NCBI GenBank assembly: GCA_050174015.1
Contig: JBFXKG010000002.1
Span: 32,001-96,000, forward strand
Source: Candidatus Krumholzibacteriia bacterium
GTDB lineage: Bacteria > Krumholzibacteriota > Krumholzibacteriia > LZORAL124-64-63
Direction: 5' to 3'
Length of the DNA stretch: 64,000 bases
Shown: piece after piece, positions 19,903-27,842 of the stretch
Position numbering within the stretch: position 1 is the stretch's first letter
How the letters are laid out: each line of letters opens with the position of its first letter
Notes under the pieces: generated by a model
The model's input: only the letters and a program-made list of their open reading frames with translations
Database searches by the model: none
Told to the model about the DNA's origin: nothing
Program-made: the position numbers and the translations under genes

Positions 19903-20787
19903 GTGACGGACAGGCGACAGCAGACCAGGCCGGTGGTCTTCGTGCACATCCCCAAGGCGGCGGGTTCGACCCTGCATGCCATCCTCGCGAGGGAATATCC
20001 CCGGTCGCGGACGGTCATCTGCGACCTGCACCGCCCCGACGCCCCCGAGGTCCTGGCCTCCCTGACCCCCGACCGGACCGCCGGCGCCCTCTGTTTCCGG
20101 GGACACATGCCTTACGGCCTGGACCGGTTCATCGGGCGGGAATGCGATTACATCACCATCCTGCGCGATCCGGTCAAGCGGACCGTCTCCAAGTACCGCA
20201 ACCTCGTGCGGCGGCCCGAGCGGGCCGAGGAGATGGGCATCCCCGCCGAGAGATTGAAGTCCCTGGAGGCCTTCCTGGACTTCCAGCAGGAACGGAACGC
20301 CCTCAACTTCCAGACCCGGCTGATCTCCGGCTGGGTGGACTTCCAGCATCCGCTGTCTCCCTACCCCGAACCCCTGCCCGACGAGGCCCTGCGGCGGGCC
20401 CAGGCCAACCTCGAGGACCACTTTCTGGTGGCGGGCCTCCAGGAGCGATTCGACGAGTCGGTGGTCCTGATGAAGCGCGCGCTGGGCTGGGGCAGGGTCG
20501 CCTATCCCCGCAGGAACGTCGACTTCACCCGGTCCGGGCAGGGCGGCCCGGGCTTGCCCGGCGGCCTGGCCGAGCGCATCCGGCAGCTCAACCATCTCGA
20601 CCTGCAGCTGGTCGCCTTCGTTGGTGAGCGCCTGGAGCGCCGGATCGCAGCGGAGGGGGAAGATTTCCAGGCCGATCTGGAGCGGACGCGGCGGCTCGGG
20701 GGGATCCTCCATTCCCTGCAGAGGATCGCCAACCGCAAGCCCGTCAAGGCCGCCCTCCAGGCGGGGCGCAGGCTCAGGCTGCGCTGA
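19903..20787 (+). CDS. PAPS-dependent sulfotransferase family protein
   Basis: 5'-PSB loop 'FVHIPKAAGSTL', 3'-PB motif 'TILRDPVKRTVSKY', 'GLQERFDES', 'LNHLDLQL'. Confidence 0.85.
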   Translation: MTDRRQQTRPVVFVHIPKAAGSTLHAILAREYPRSRTVICDLHRPDAPEVLASLTPDRTAGALCFRGHMPYGLDRFIGRECDYITILRDPVKRTVSKYRNLVRRPERAEEMGIPAERLKSLEAFLDFQQERNALNFQTRLISGWVDFQHPLSPYPEPLPDEALRRAQANLEDHFLVAGLQERFDESVVLMKRALGWGRVAYPRRNVDFTRSGQGGPGLPGGLAERIRQLNHLDLQLVAFVGERLERRIAAEGEDFQADLERTRRLGGILHSLQRIANRKPVKAALQAGRRLRLR

Positions 20788-20872
20788 GGGGACGGCCATT
20801 TTCCCGCCGGACAACGGGGGATCGGGGTGTTACCTTCGCAGGCGTCGTCCCAACCGGAAGGATCGTCGCCCC

Positions 20873-21331
20873 ATGCCCATCGACCCCGCACTGATCGAGA
20901 TCGCGTCCCACGACGGCCCCGGGTACCGGCCCCTGGTTGACTTCCAGGCCTGGCGGGCGGCGGTCCTCAACTTCATCCCGGACCTGTTGCCCGAGAACCT
21001 GACGACCATGCAGAGGCATGACGAGACCGACGAGGTCTTCGTCCTGCTGGGCGGCCGTTGCATCCTGTTCGTCGGGGACGGCAGCGGGCGCGAGGACGCC
21101 GGGGCCGTCCACGCGGTGGATCTCGAACCCTTGAAGCTCTACAACGTGAAGCGCGGCGTATGGCACACCCACACGCTGGACGCCGAAGGATCGGTGCTGG
21201 TGATCGAGAATCGTGACACGACGACGGCGAATTCGCCCACCTGTCCCCTGACCGACGCCCAGCAGGGATCGATAAGGGAACAGGTGCGGCGCCTGTGGCC
21301 CGCGGCGGACGGGCCGGCGGCCGTGGGCTAG
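20873..21331 (+). CDS. Cupin-like hypothetical protein
   Basis: 'QRHDETDEVFVL' and 'YNVKRGVWH' give a cupin-like H..E..H metal motif. Confidence 0.65.
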   Translation: MPIDPALIEIASHDGPGYRPLVDFQAWRAAVLNFIPDLLPENLTTMQRHDETDEVFVLLGGRCILFVGDGSGREDAGAVHAVDLEPLKLYNVKRGVWHTHTLDAEGSVLVIENRDTTTANSPTCPLTDAQQGSIREQVRRLWPAADGPAAVG

Positions 21332-23256
21332 GGTACGTCGACTCCCAGCACTTCCGCCAGCTCGGTGACGGTCCGGTCGAACCGTTTCAGCGCCGCCTCG
21401 ATGGCCGTCGGCTTCGTCAGATCCACGCCTGCGAGCTTCAGCAGATCCAGCGGCGGTTCGCTGCATCCCCCTTCCAGCATGGCCAGGTACCCGTCGACGG
21501 CGGGTTGTCCCAGGTCCTTCACCCGCTCGGCGATGGCCATGCCGCTGCTGAGTCCCGTCGCGTACGCGTACACGTAGTACTTGTAGTAGAAGTGGGGGAT
21601 GTAGGCCCATTCCATGCCGTCGTTCTCGTCCACGGTGAAGCCGGGGCCGTAGTAGGTCCGGATCAGGTCGGCGTAGGTCTCGTCCAGCAGGGTGGCGGTG
21701 ATGGGCGTCCCCGATTCCACGAAGCCGTGAACCTTCCGCTCGAATTCCGAGAACAGCGTCTGCCGGTAGATCGTCGTGCGGATGCTCTCGAGTTCGCCCG
21801 CCATGATGCCCGCCTTCTGCTCCTTCGACTCGGACGTTCGCACCAGGTAGTCCGACAGCAGCATCTCGTTGCAGGTCGAGGCGATCTCCGCCAGGAACGG
21901 CACGTACCTGTGGTCCTGGTACGGCTGGCGGCCCATGGCCAGGTCGCTGTGCAGGGCGTGGCCGTACTCGTGGGCCAGGGTGGACAGGTCGTCCAGGCTG
22001 TCCTGGTAGTTCATCTTCACGTAGGGATGGGCGCCGTACACGCTGGCCGAAAACGCCCCGCTGTCCTTGTCATCGCTGGGATAGACGTCGATCCAGCCGT
22101 TGCTCGGGTCCAGCCCGTGGCCCAGCCGCTCGACGTACTTGGGGCCCAGGGGGGCCAGGGCTTCGGGCAGGATCTCCATGGCCCGGGCGTAGGGCACGTC
22201 CATCTCCGCGGCGGCCACCAGGGGGACGTAAAGGTCGTAGACGTGCACGGTGTCCAGGCCCATGACCTGCCGCCGCAGTTCCACGTACCGGTGCAGAGGC
22301 TCCAGGTTGGCGTTCACGGCGGCGATGAGGTTGTCGTGGACGCTCACCGGGATGTTGTCCTTGTCCAGGTAGGCTTCCAGCGCGGTGTCGTAGCCGCGGG
22401 CCCGGGCGAACAGCACGTCCAGCTTGAACTGGCCGGCCAGGGTGGCGGCCAGGGCGTGCTGGAACTGCCGCAGGGTGGCGAAGAAGGCGGCCATGGTCTC
22501 GGCGCGCACGGCGCGGTCCGGCGAGGCCCGGAAGCGGCCCAGGTTGGACAGGGTCAGCTGCACCTCGTTGCCCTCCGTGTCGTGGATCACCGGCCAGGTG
22601 ATGTCCGACAGGACGGCGCCGAAGGCGTCCTCCAGCGGGCTGGGGATCTCGTTGAGGTCGATCTCCGCCCACAGGTTGTCGCCTGCGAGCTGCAGGATGC
22701 GCTCGGCCTCGTCCCCCAGGATGCGCGACTCGCGGCGGCGCAGGTTGTCGATGTACTTGCGGTACTCGCCGGGCCCTGCAGGGTCGTCAAAGGCCACCTG
22801 GAGCGTTCGCTCGTCCAGAGCCAGGATCTCGCTCCTGATGAACCCGGCGGCGGCCATGAGCTCGTCCATGGCGGCCAGTCCCTGCTGGCTGCGGGCCTGA
22901 AGGGCCTCGTCGGTCAGTTCCGAGTCCAGCGCCAGGTTGGCGTACTGGGTGATCCAGCTGGCGCGGTCGTGCAGGGCGAAGTAGAGGTCGAGGCATTGCT
23001 TGAGTTCGGCCGGGTCGGCGAGCTTGCCCTGATAGGCCTGAAGTGCCGGCAGGCGTTCCTGCAGGGCGGCCGCCTCCTCGCGCCACGCCTCCGGCGTGGC
23101 GAAAAGGGCCGTGAGGTCCCACTTGTACACGTCGGGCACGGCGCTGCGCGGGGCGTTGGCGTCGGGGGTGTAGGAGGGAAGGTCGGCGGCGAGGCCGGCG
23201 CAGGGGAGCGCGAGTGCCAGGGCCAGGACGAGGACGGTGGATCGGATGGTGGACAT
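21328..23256 (-). CDS. pepF: Oligoendopeptidase F (M3B), with signal peptide
   Basis: 'HEYGH', 'FLAEIAST', 'WAYIPHFY..YVYAYATG'; N-terminal hydrophobic signal ending in ALA/GLA. Confidence 0.9.
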   Translation of the reverse strand: MSTIRSTVLVLALALALPCAGLAADLPSYTPDANAPRSAVPDVYKWDLTALFATPEAWREEAAALQERLPALQAYQGKLADPAELKQCLDLYFALHDRASWITQYANLALDSELTDEALQARSQQGLAAMDELMAAAGFIRSEILALDERTLQVAFDDPAGPGEYRKYIDNLRRRESRILGDEAERILQLAGDNLWAEIDLNEIPSPLEDAFGAVLSDITWPVIHDTEGNEVQLTLSNLGRFRASPDRAVRAETMAAFFATLRQFQHALAATLAGQFKLDVLFARARGYDTALEAYLDKDNIPVSVHDNLIAAVNANLEPLHRYVELRRQVMGLDTVHVYDLYVPLVAAAEMDVPYARAMEILPEALAPLGPKYVERLGHGLDPSNGWIDVYPSDDKDSGAFSASVYGAHPYVKMNYQDSLDDLSTLAHEYGHALHSDLAMGRQPYQDHRYVPFLAEIASTCNEMLLSDYLVRTSESKEQKAGIMAGELESIRTTIYRQTLFSEFERKVHGFVESGTPITATLLDETYADLIRTYYGPGFTVDENDGMEWAYIPHFYYKYYVYAYATGLSSGMAIAERVKDLGQPAVDGYLAMLEGGCSEPPLDLLKLAGVDLTKPTAIEAALKRFDRTVTELAEVLGVDVP

Positions 23257-23313
23257 GGGCAGCCTCCCGGTTGAAGTGGGACAATCAAAGCCCCCCGGGG
23301 GGTTCCGGTCAAA

Positions 23314-23655
23314 TCAATCCTCGCCGGTGAGGTAATCGCCCAGCATGCCCCGGCTGTGCTCGGCCTCGTGGCAGTAGACGCAGAGGTTCTCCCAGTTCGA
23401 ACCGTCGGTCGGGTTGTTCGCGTCGTTGCCGTCGATGTGGTGGACCGTCAGCAGGTGCTTGTCCTTCTCGGTGAACTCGCGGGCGCACTTGGCGCAGATC
23501 ATTCCGTGCAGGGCGAGGGACCGCTCCCGGTAGTTGAATCCGGGGGATTCCAGGCGCTTGAGGCTCTTCACCTTCCGGGCGATCTCCTCGGGGGTGGGGA
23601 TGTGGTCGGGTCGGGGGCGGCCGATCTTCTTGTTGCGTGGATTGCGGGGGGACAT
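23314..23655 (-). CDS. YajD-family small HNH nuclease
   Basis: 'YRERSL..ICAKCAREF..LLTVHHIDG..NNPTDGSNWENLCVYCHEAEH'. Confidence 0.85.
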   Translation of the reverse strand: MSPRNPRNKKIGRPRPDHIPTPEEIARKVKSLKRLESPGFNYRERSLALHGMICAKCAREFTEKDKHLLTVHHIDGNDANNPTDGSNWENLCVYCHEAEHSRGMLGDYLTGED

Positions 23656-23795
23656 GTCCGCTCCTGGGTCGGGGGTCCGCAGCCATGATAGCCGATTCTG
23701 AGCGATCCGCCGGGAAATGAAAGAGCAATATTGTTTGAACACCGTGATGCGTGATAGATTCCCGCTGATCCACCAGACCCGGGGGAGCCCTTGCC

Positions 23796-24095
23796 ATGAA
23801 GTGCCTCCAGTGCCACCGCACCTTCGCCGCCGAGGCCAGGATCGCCTCCATGTCCGGCAGCATCATGGGCGACGAGGTCACCGATGCCTATTTCCTGTGC
23901 CCGGCCTGCGACGTCTACACGGTGGCTACCTGGTGGGACGATTTCACCGGCCTGGAGACCGAATCGTCCTCCGGCCCGCTCTCGCGGGACGTGGGGGACG
24001 CGCGGGTCGCGATCATTCGCGGCTGTGAGCACCCCTGGGACAAGACGTGCCGCTGTCCCGCCCATCGATCCTATTTCAACGACGCCCTCGATTGA
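23796..24095 (+). CDS. Small Cys-rich hypothetical protein (probable metal binding)
   Basis: CLQC, CPAC and C-x7-CRC-xxH in 99 aa; GGGGAG upstream. Confidence 0.7.
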   Translation: MKCLQCHRTFAAEARIASMSGSIMGDEVTDAYFLCPACDVYTVATWWDDFTGLETESSSGPLSRDVGDARVAIIRGCEHPWDKTCRCPAHRSYFNDALD

Positions 24096-24125
24096 TCGTT
24101 GACCGCCTCGAATCCGGAGGTGCCC

Positions 24126-24671
24126 GTGTCCATCCTGAAGTTCTTCTACCAGAACGGGCTGTGGCTGTCCTGGCCCGTGTTCGCGCTGGGGATCTTCGTC
24201 CTCTGGACCTGCATCACGGCGGCCACGAAGCTGGGGGAACGCAACCGGATCGCGGCTCTGCCCCTGGTGGCCGAGCAGGAGGTCACTTTTCCGGAAGCCG
24301 GCAAGGCGGTGCTCTGGCTCGAGAGCCCCCAGCTTTCCCGGCGGTTCAGCGGCCTGGGCTTCGAGCTTCGCGGCAGCGACGGCTCGGTGAACAAGGGCTC
24401 CCGGGTGCTCATGCGCAATCGCAGCTCGGGGTTCGCCCTGGTCAGGATCTCCGACCGCACCTTCGACATCCCGCACGGCGGGAGTTACACCCTGGTGACG
24501 ACGGGGCTGGATGATCCCCGGCCCGATGACGTGAACCATCACCTGATCTTCATGCGGCCCCACCAGATCCAGACCATCAAGACGGTGCTGGGGATCGTCC
24601 TGGGAGCCATCCTGACGATCGGGGCCATCGTGAACTTCTTCCTGCGGCTGTCCATGGGGGTGAAGCCGTGA
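24126..24671 (+). CDS. Hypothetical two-TM membrane protein
   Basis: Hydrophobic helices at both ends around a beta-rich soluble domain; GTG after GGAGG. Confidence 0.65.
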   Translation: MSILKFFYQNGLWLSWPVFALGIFVLWTCITAATKLGERNRIAALPLVAEQEVTFPEAGKAVLWLESPQLSRRFSGLGFELRGSDGSVNKGSRVLMRNRSSGFALVRISDRTFDIPHGGSYTLVTTGLDDPRPDDVNHHLIFMRPHQIQTIKTVLGIVLGAILTIGAIVNFFLRLSMGVKP

Positions 24672-24806
24672 CCGGTCCGGAGGGCGTCCCACGACGATGT
24701 CGCGGGGGCTTTGATCTGGCCTGGCAGGGGGGCAACGGTTACAATCGGTGGGATGGATGTGAAGCAATCCGGCCGGCGAGCCGGCCCCTACCGGAGACGT
24801 GCATAC

Positions 24807-26576
24807 ATGAGCGACCGCGGCATCCCCCTGCATCCCTGGCCCCTGGAGAGCCTGCTCGGGCGCATCGATCACGAATGGACGACCCGCCGTGAGATCTTCT
24901 CCCTTGCGGGGAGGCGCTTCTTCCGTGCCGATCCGGACGTGGACCTGGGCTGGACGCTGGACGAGCTGAAGGCCGCCACGCCCGTCGGCCCGGCGGCGGG
25001 GCCGCATACCCAGCTGGCGCAGAACATCGTGCTGGGATGGCTGGCCGGGGCGCGCAGCTTCGAGCTGAAGACCGTCCAGGTCCTGGACGAGCTGGACATC
25101 CCGCGGCCCTGCATCGACATGGAGAACGTGGGCTACAACGTGGAGTGGAGCCAGGAGCTCAAGCTGCGGCGCAGCCTGGAGGAGTACGTCAAATCCTGGG
25201 TCATGCTCGCGGTTCTGAAGCGGTGGGAGCCCTTGCGGGCGGAACTGGGGGACACCGGGGATCACGTCTTCGAACTCTCGGTGGGTTACGACCTCGCGGG
25301 AGTGCAGTCCACGGCGATGACGGACTTCATCTCGGGGCTGCGGAATCCCGGAGCGATGATCGACGGCTTGAGACGCGAGATCTCAGGGCCGTTCGCACAC
25401 CTTCGCGACGTCGAGGTGCCGGAGACCATCGTGCGCACGGCGACCCTGAGCACGTTCCACGGCTGTCCACCCGACCAGATCGAAGGCATCGTCAAGCATC
25501 TGATGTCGGCCCACGGGCTGGACGTCACGGTGAAGCTGAACCCGACGTTGCTGGGAATGGAGGTCGTGCGGGAGATCCTGCAGGACCGGCTCGGCTACAC
25601 CGACATCGTGCTGGCTCCCGAGGCTTTCGCCGAAGACCTGAAGTTCGACCGGGCCCTGGAGATGATCGATCGTCTGCGCAGCTTCGCCGCGGGCTGCGGC
25701 CGGCGCTTCGGGATCAAGCTGACCAACACCCTGGTGGTGGAGAACCGCCGCGGGGTCATGCCCGGCGACCGCATGTACCTGAGCGGACGCCCCCTGCACG
25801 TGCTGGCGATGACCCTGCTGGAGAAGCTGCACACGGCCCTGCCGGGGGTGCTGCGCCTGGGCCTGCAGGACGAGGCCCCGGTGCCCGTGGCCTTCAGCGC
25901 CGGCATCGACAAGGACAACCTGCAGGAAGCCGTCGCCCTCGGCCTGTTGCCGGTGACCATCTGCAGCGACCTGCTGCGGCCCGGAGGGTACGGGCGCATG
26001 GCCCAGGGGCTGCGGAAGCTCGTGCGGCTCATGAAGGAGAATGGCCTCGCGGATCTGGCCGCGCTGCGGCGGCGCGCGGATGCTGAGGCCCGCGTTGCGG
26101 GCCATCGCGATGCGGTGGAGGCGGCCGCGGCCAGGCTGGCTGCGGCCGCCGGCTGCGCCCGCTATTCCCTGACCGGATCGGAAAAGCCTCTGCGCCGGGT
26201 CGATCACGTGCTGGAGATGTTCGACTGCGTGGCCTGCACCAACTGCGTGACCGTGTGCCCCAACAACGCCTTCGTGAGCGTGCCCACATCCGGCGTGGAG
26301 GGGCTTGCGGCCCGCGAGCAGTACGCCGTCCTGGCCGAGCTCTGCAACGACTGCGGCAACTGCACGACCTTCTGTCCGGAGGAAGGTGCGCCGCAGCGGG
26401 TCAAGCCGCGGCTTTACACGATGCCGCAGGTTTGGGAGTCGCGGGGACGCGAGGGCTTCCTGCTCCAGGATGACGGCGGCGCCGTCGCGGTCAGCGGGGA
26501 GGGCGAGGTGGCGGCGCGGCTGGCGGAACTGCTGGATCCGGAGACGCTGCCGGTGGTGTTGCCGGGGGCACGCTAG
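24807..26576 (+). CDS. YgfK-like oxidoreductase (N-terminal module plus 2x[4Fe-4S] ferredoxin), lacking the GltD-like central part
   Basis: 'TPVGPAAGPHTQLAQNI..GARSFELKTVQ..PRPCID..YNVEWSQEL', 'TLSTFHGCPP', 'KLNPTLLG', 'KLTNTL..MYLSG'; C-terminal CVACTNCVTVCP and CNDCGNCTTFCP. Confidence 0.8.
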   Translation: MSDRGIPLHPWPLESLLGRIDHEWTTRREIFSLAGRRFFRADPDVDLGWTLDELKAATPVGPAAGPHTQLAQNIVLGWLAGARSFELKTVQVLDELDIPRPCIDMENVGYNVEWSQELKLRRSLEEYVKSWVMLAVLKRWEPLRAELGDTGDHVFELSVGYDLAGVQSTAMTDFISGLRNPGAMIDGLRREISGPFAHLRDVEVPETIVRTATLSTFHGCPPDQIEGIVKHLMSAHGLDVTVKLNPTLLGMEVVREILQDRLGYTDIVLAPEAFAEDLKFDRALEMIDRLRSFAAGCGRRFGIKLTNTLVVENRRGVMPGDRMYLSGRPLHVLAMTLLEKLHTALPGVLRLGLQDEAPVPVAFSAGIDKDNLQEAVALGLLPVTICSDLLRPGGYGRMAQGLRKLVRLMKENGLADLAALRRRADAEARVAGHRDAVEAAAARLAAAAGCARYSLTGSEKPLRRVDHVLEMFDCVACTNCVTVCPNNAFVSVPTSGVEGLAAREQYAVLAELCNDCGNCTTFCPEEGAPQRVKPRLYTMPQVWESRGREGFLLQDDGGAVAVSGEGEVAARLAELLDPETLPVVLPGAR

Positions 26577-27058
26577 TCGTCGAGGGAATCCCGGAGACGC
26601 TCCAGGTCGTCCTTGACGCCCTGGAGCGTGTAAGGATCGTCGGGGTGGGGTTCGGCGCCACCTGACTCGAAGTGGGGGCGTTCCCCGTAGTCGCGGCCCC
26701 AGCGGACATCGCATTCGCGGACGAGGTCCGCGAGTGCGACGTCCGATCCGAGGATCCGACCAAGGAATTGCCGCAGCAGACCTTCGGCATCGCCGAAGTG
26801 GTTTGCGACGAGTGGCTTGTCGGCGTCCAGACGACTGAGCAGGGTGCGCTGCAGCGACCCCTCCGGGTCGCGGAGTTCCGCTTCGACCAGTTCGCGGGCC
26901 GCGAACAACGTCTGGTCGTGAGCGGCCACGGGCGAGGCCCCCTTGAGGGCGTTGCCCGCTTCGCGGGCCACGGCTTCGCCCAGGTCGAACTTGCGCCCCT
27001 TGCGCAGCTCGTTCTCGTCGGGCAGACTGGGGTCCGGTTTTTTCCTGTCGTCATCCAT
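26573..27058 (-). CDS. Hypothetical protein
   Basis: GAGG upstream of the ATG; plausible globular composition with 'DVRWGRDYGERPHFE..HPDDPYT'. Confidence 0.7.
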   Translation of the reverse strand: MDDDRKKPDPSLPDENELRKGRKFDLGEAVAREAGNALKGASPVAAHDQTLFAARELVEAELRDPEGSLQRTLLSRLDADKPLVANHFGDAEGLLRQFLGRILGSDVALADLVRECDVRWGRDYGERPHFESGGAEPHPDDPYTLQGVKDDLERLRDSLDD

Positions 27059-27088
27059 GCCTCGATTCTAGCAGAAGGTGAGGTGCGG

Positions 27089-27838
27089 TTGAACCCGCAT
27101 GATCCATCCGAAGGCCCGACCCATCTGGCGGGCGGCAAGCCCGCCGATGAGGGCCAGTTCCTGCTGGGCCGGCGCCTGCGGGTGGTGGCGCCCTTGATGC
27201 CCGCCACCGGCGGGCATCTCGTCGATTTCGGCTGCGGCAACGGGGCGCAGACGGCGCTGCTGGTGCCGAGGTTCGAGAGGGTGACGGGCGTGGATGTGGA
27301 GCCGGGGTTCCTCGATGAATTTCGGCGAAGAATCGCTGCCGAGGGGTGGGGGGACCGGGTGGAGGCGTCCGCTCTGACGAGCGGACGCATACCCTTGCCC
27401 GACGGATGCGCGGACGTGGTGACCTCGTTCACCGTCCTGGAACACGTCCCGGACGAGCGAGCCGCCCTGGCGGAGATGCGGCGGGTGCTGCGGCAGGGCG
27501 GTCGCCTGATCATCACCGTGCCCAACCGGTGGTGGATCTTCGAAACCCACGGGGCCGATCTGCCGTGGTTGCCCTGGAACCGGGTGCCCCTGGTGAGCTG
27601 GTGGCCCAAGCGCCTGCACGACCGCTGGGCCCGGGCGCGGATCTACCGCAGGCGGGAGATCACGGCCCTGATCGAGTCTGCCGGGTTCACGGTGACCGAC
27701 ACCCGGCGCCTGACGGCGCCAATGGACATGATACCCTGGCCGTCCGTACAGCGGACGGCCCGCCGTGCAATTTTCCGCGGCGACTGTACACCCTGTCCCT
27801 TCCTGGCTACCGAGATCATGGTGGCCGCCGAGAGGTGA
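27089..27838 (+). CDS. Class I SAM-dependent methyltransferase
   Basis: 'LVDFGCGNG', 'VLEHVPD..EMRRVLRQGG..TVPN'. TTG start after GAGGTG. Confidence 0.85.
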   Translation: MNPHDPSEGPTHLAGGKPADEGQFLLGRRLRVVAPLMPATGGHLVDFGCGNGAQTALLVPRFERVTGVDVEPGFLDEFRRRIAAEGWGDRVEASALTSGRIPLPDGCADVVTSFTVLEHVPDERAALAEMRRVLRQGGRLIITVPNRWWIFETHGADLPWLPWNRVPLVSWWPKRLHDRWARARIYRRREITALIESAGFTVTDTRRLTAPMDMIPWPSVQRTARRAIFRGDCTPCPFLATEIMVAAER

Positions 27839-27842
27839 ACGC

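Noticed and set aside
14703..20787. Canonical polyyne cluster or curacin-type ST-TE olefin module
   Set aside because: No thioesterase, rubredoxin, third desaturase or PKS module is seen, so it is not called as a known cluster.
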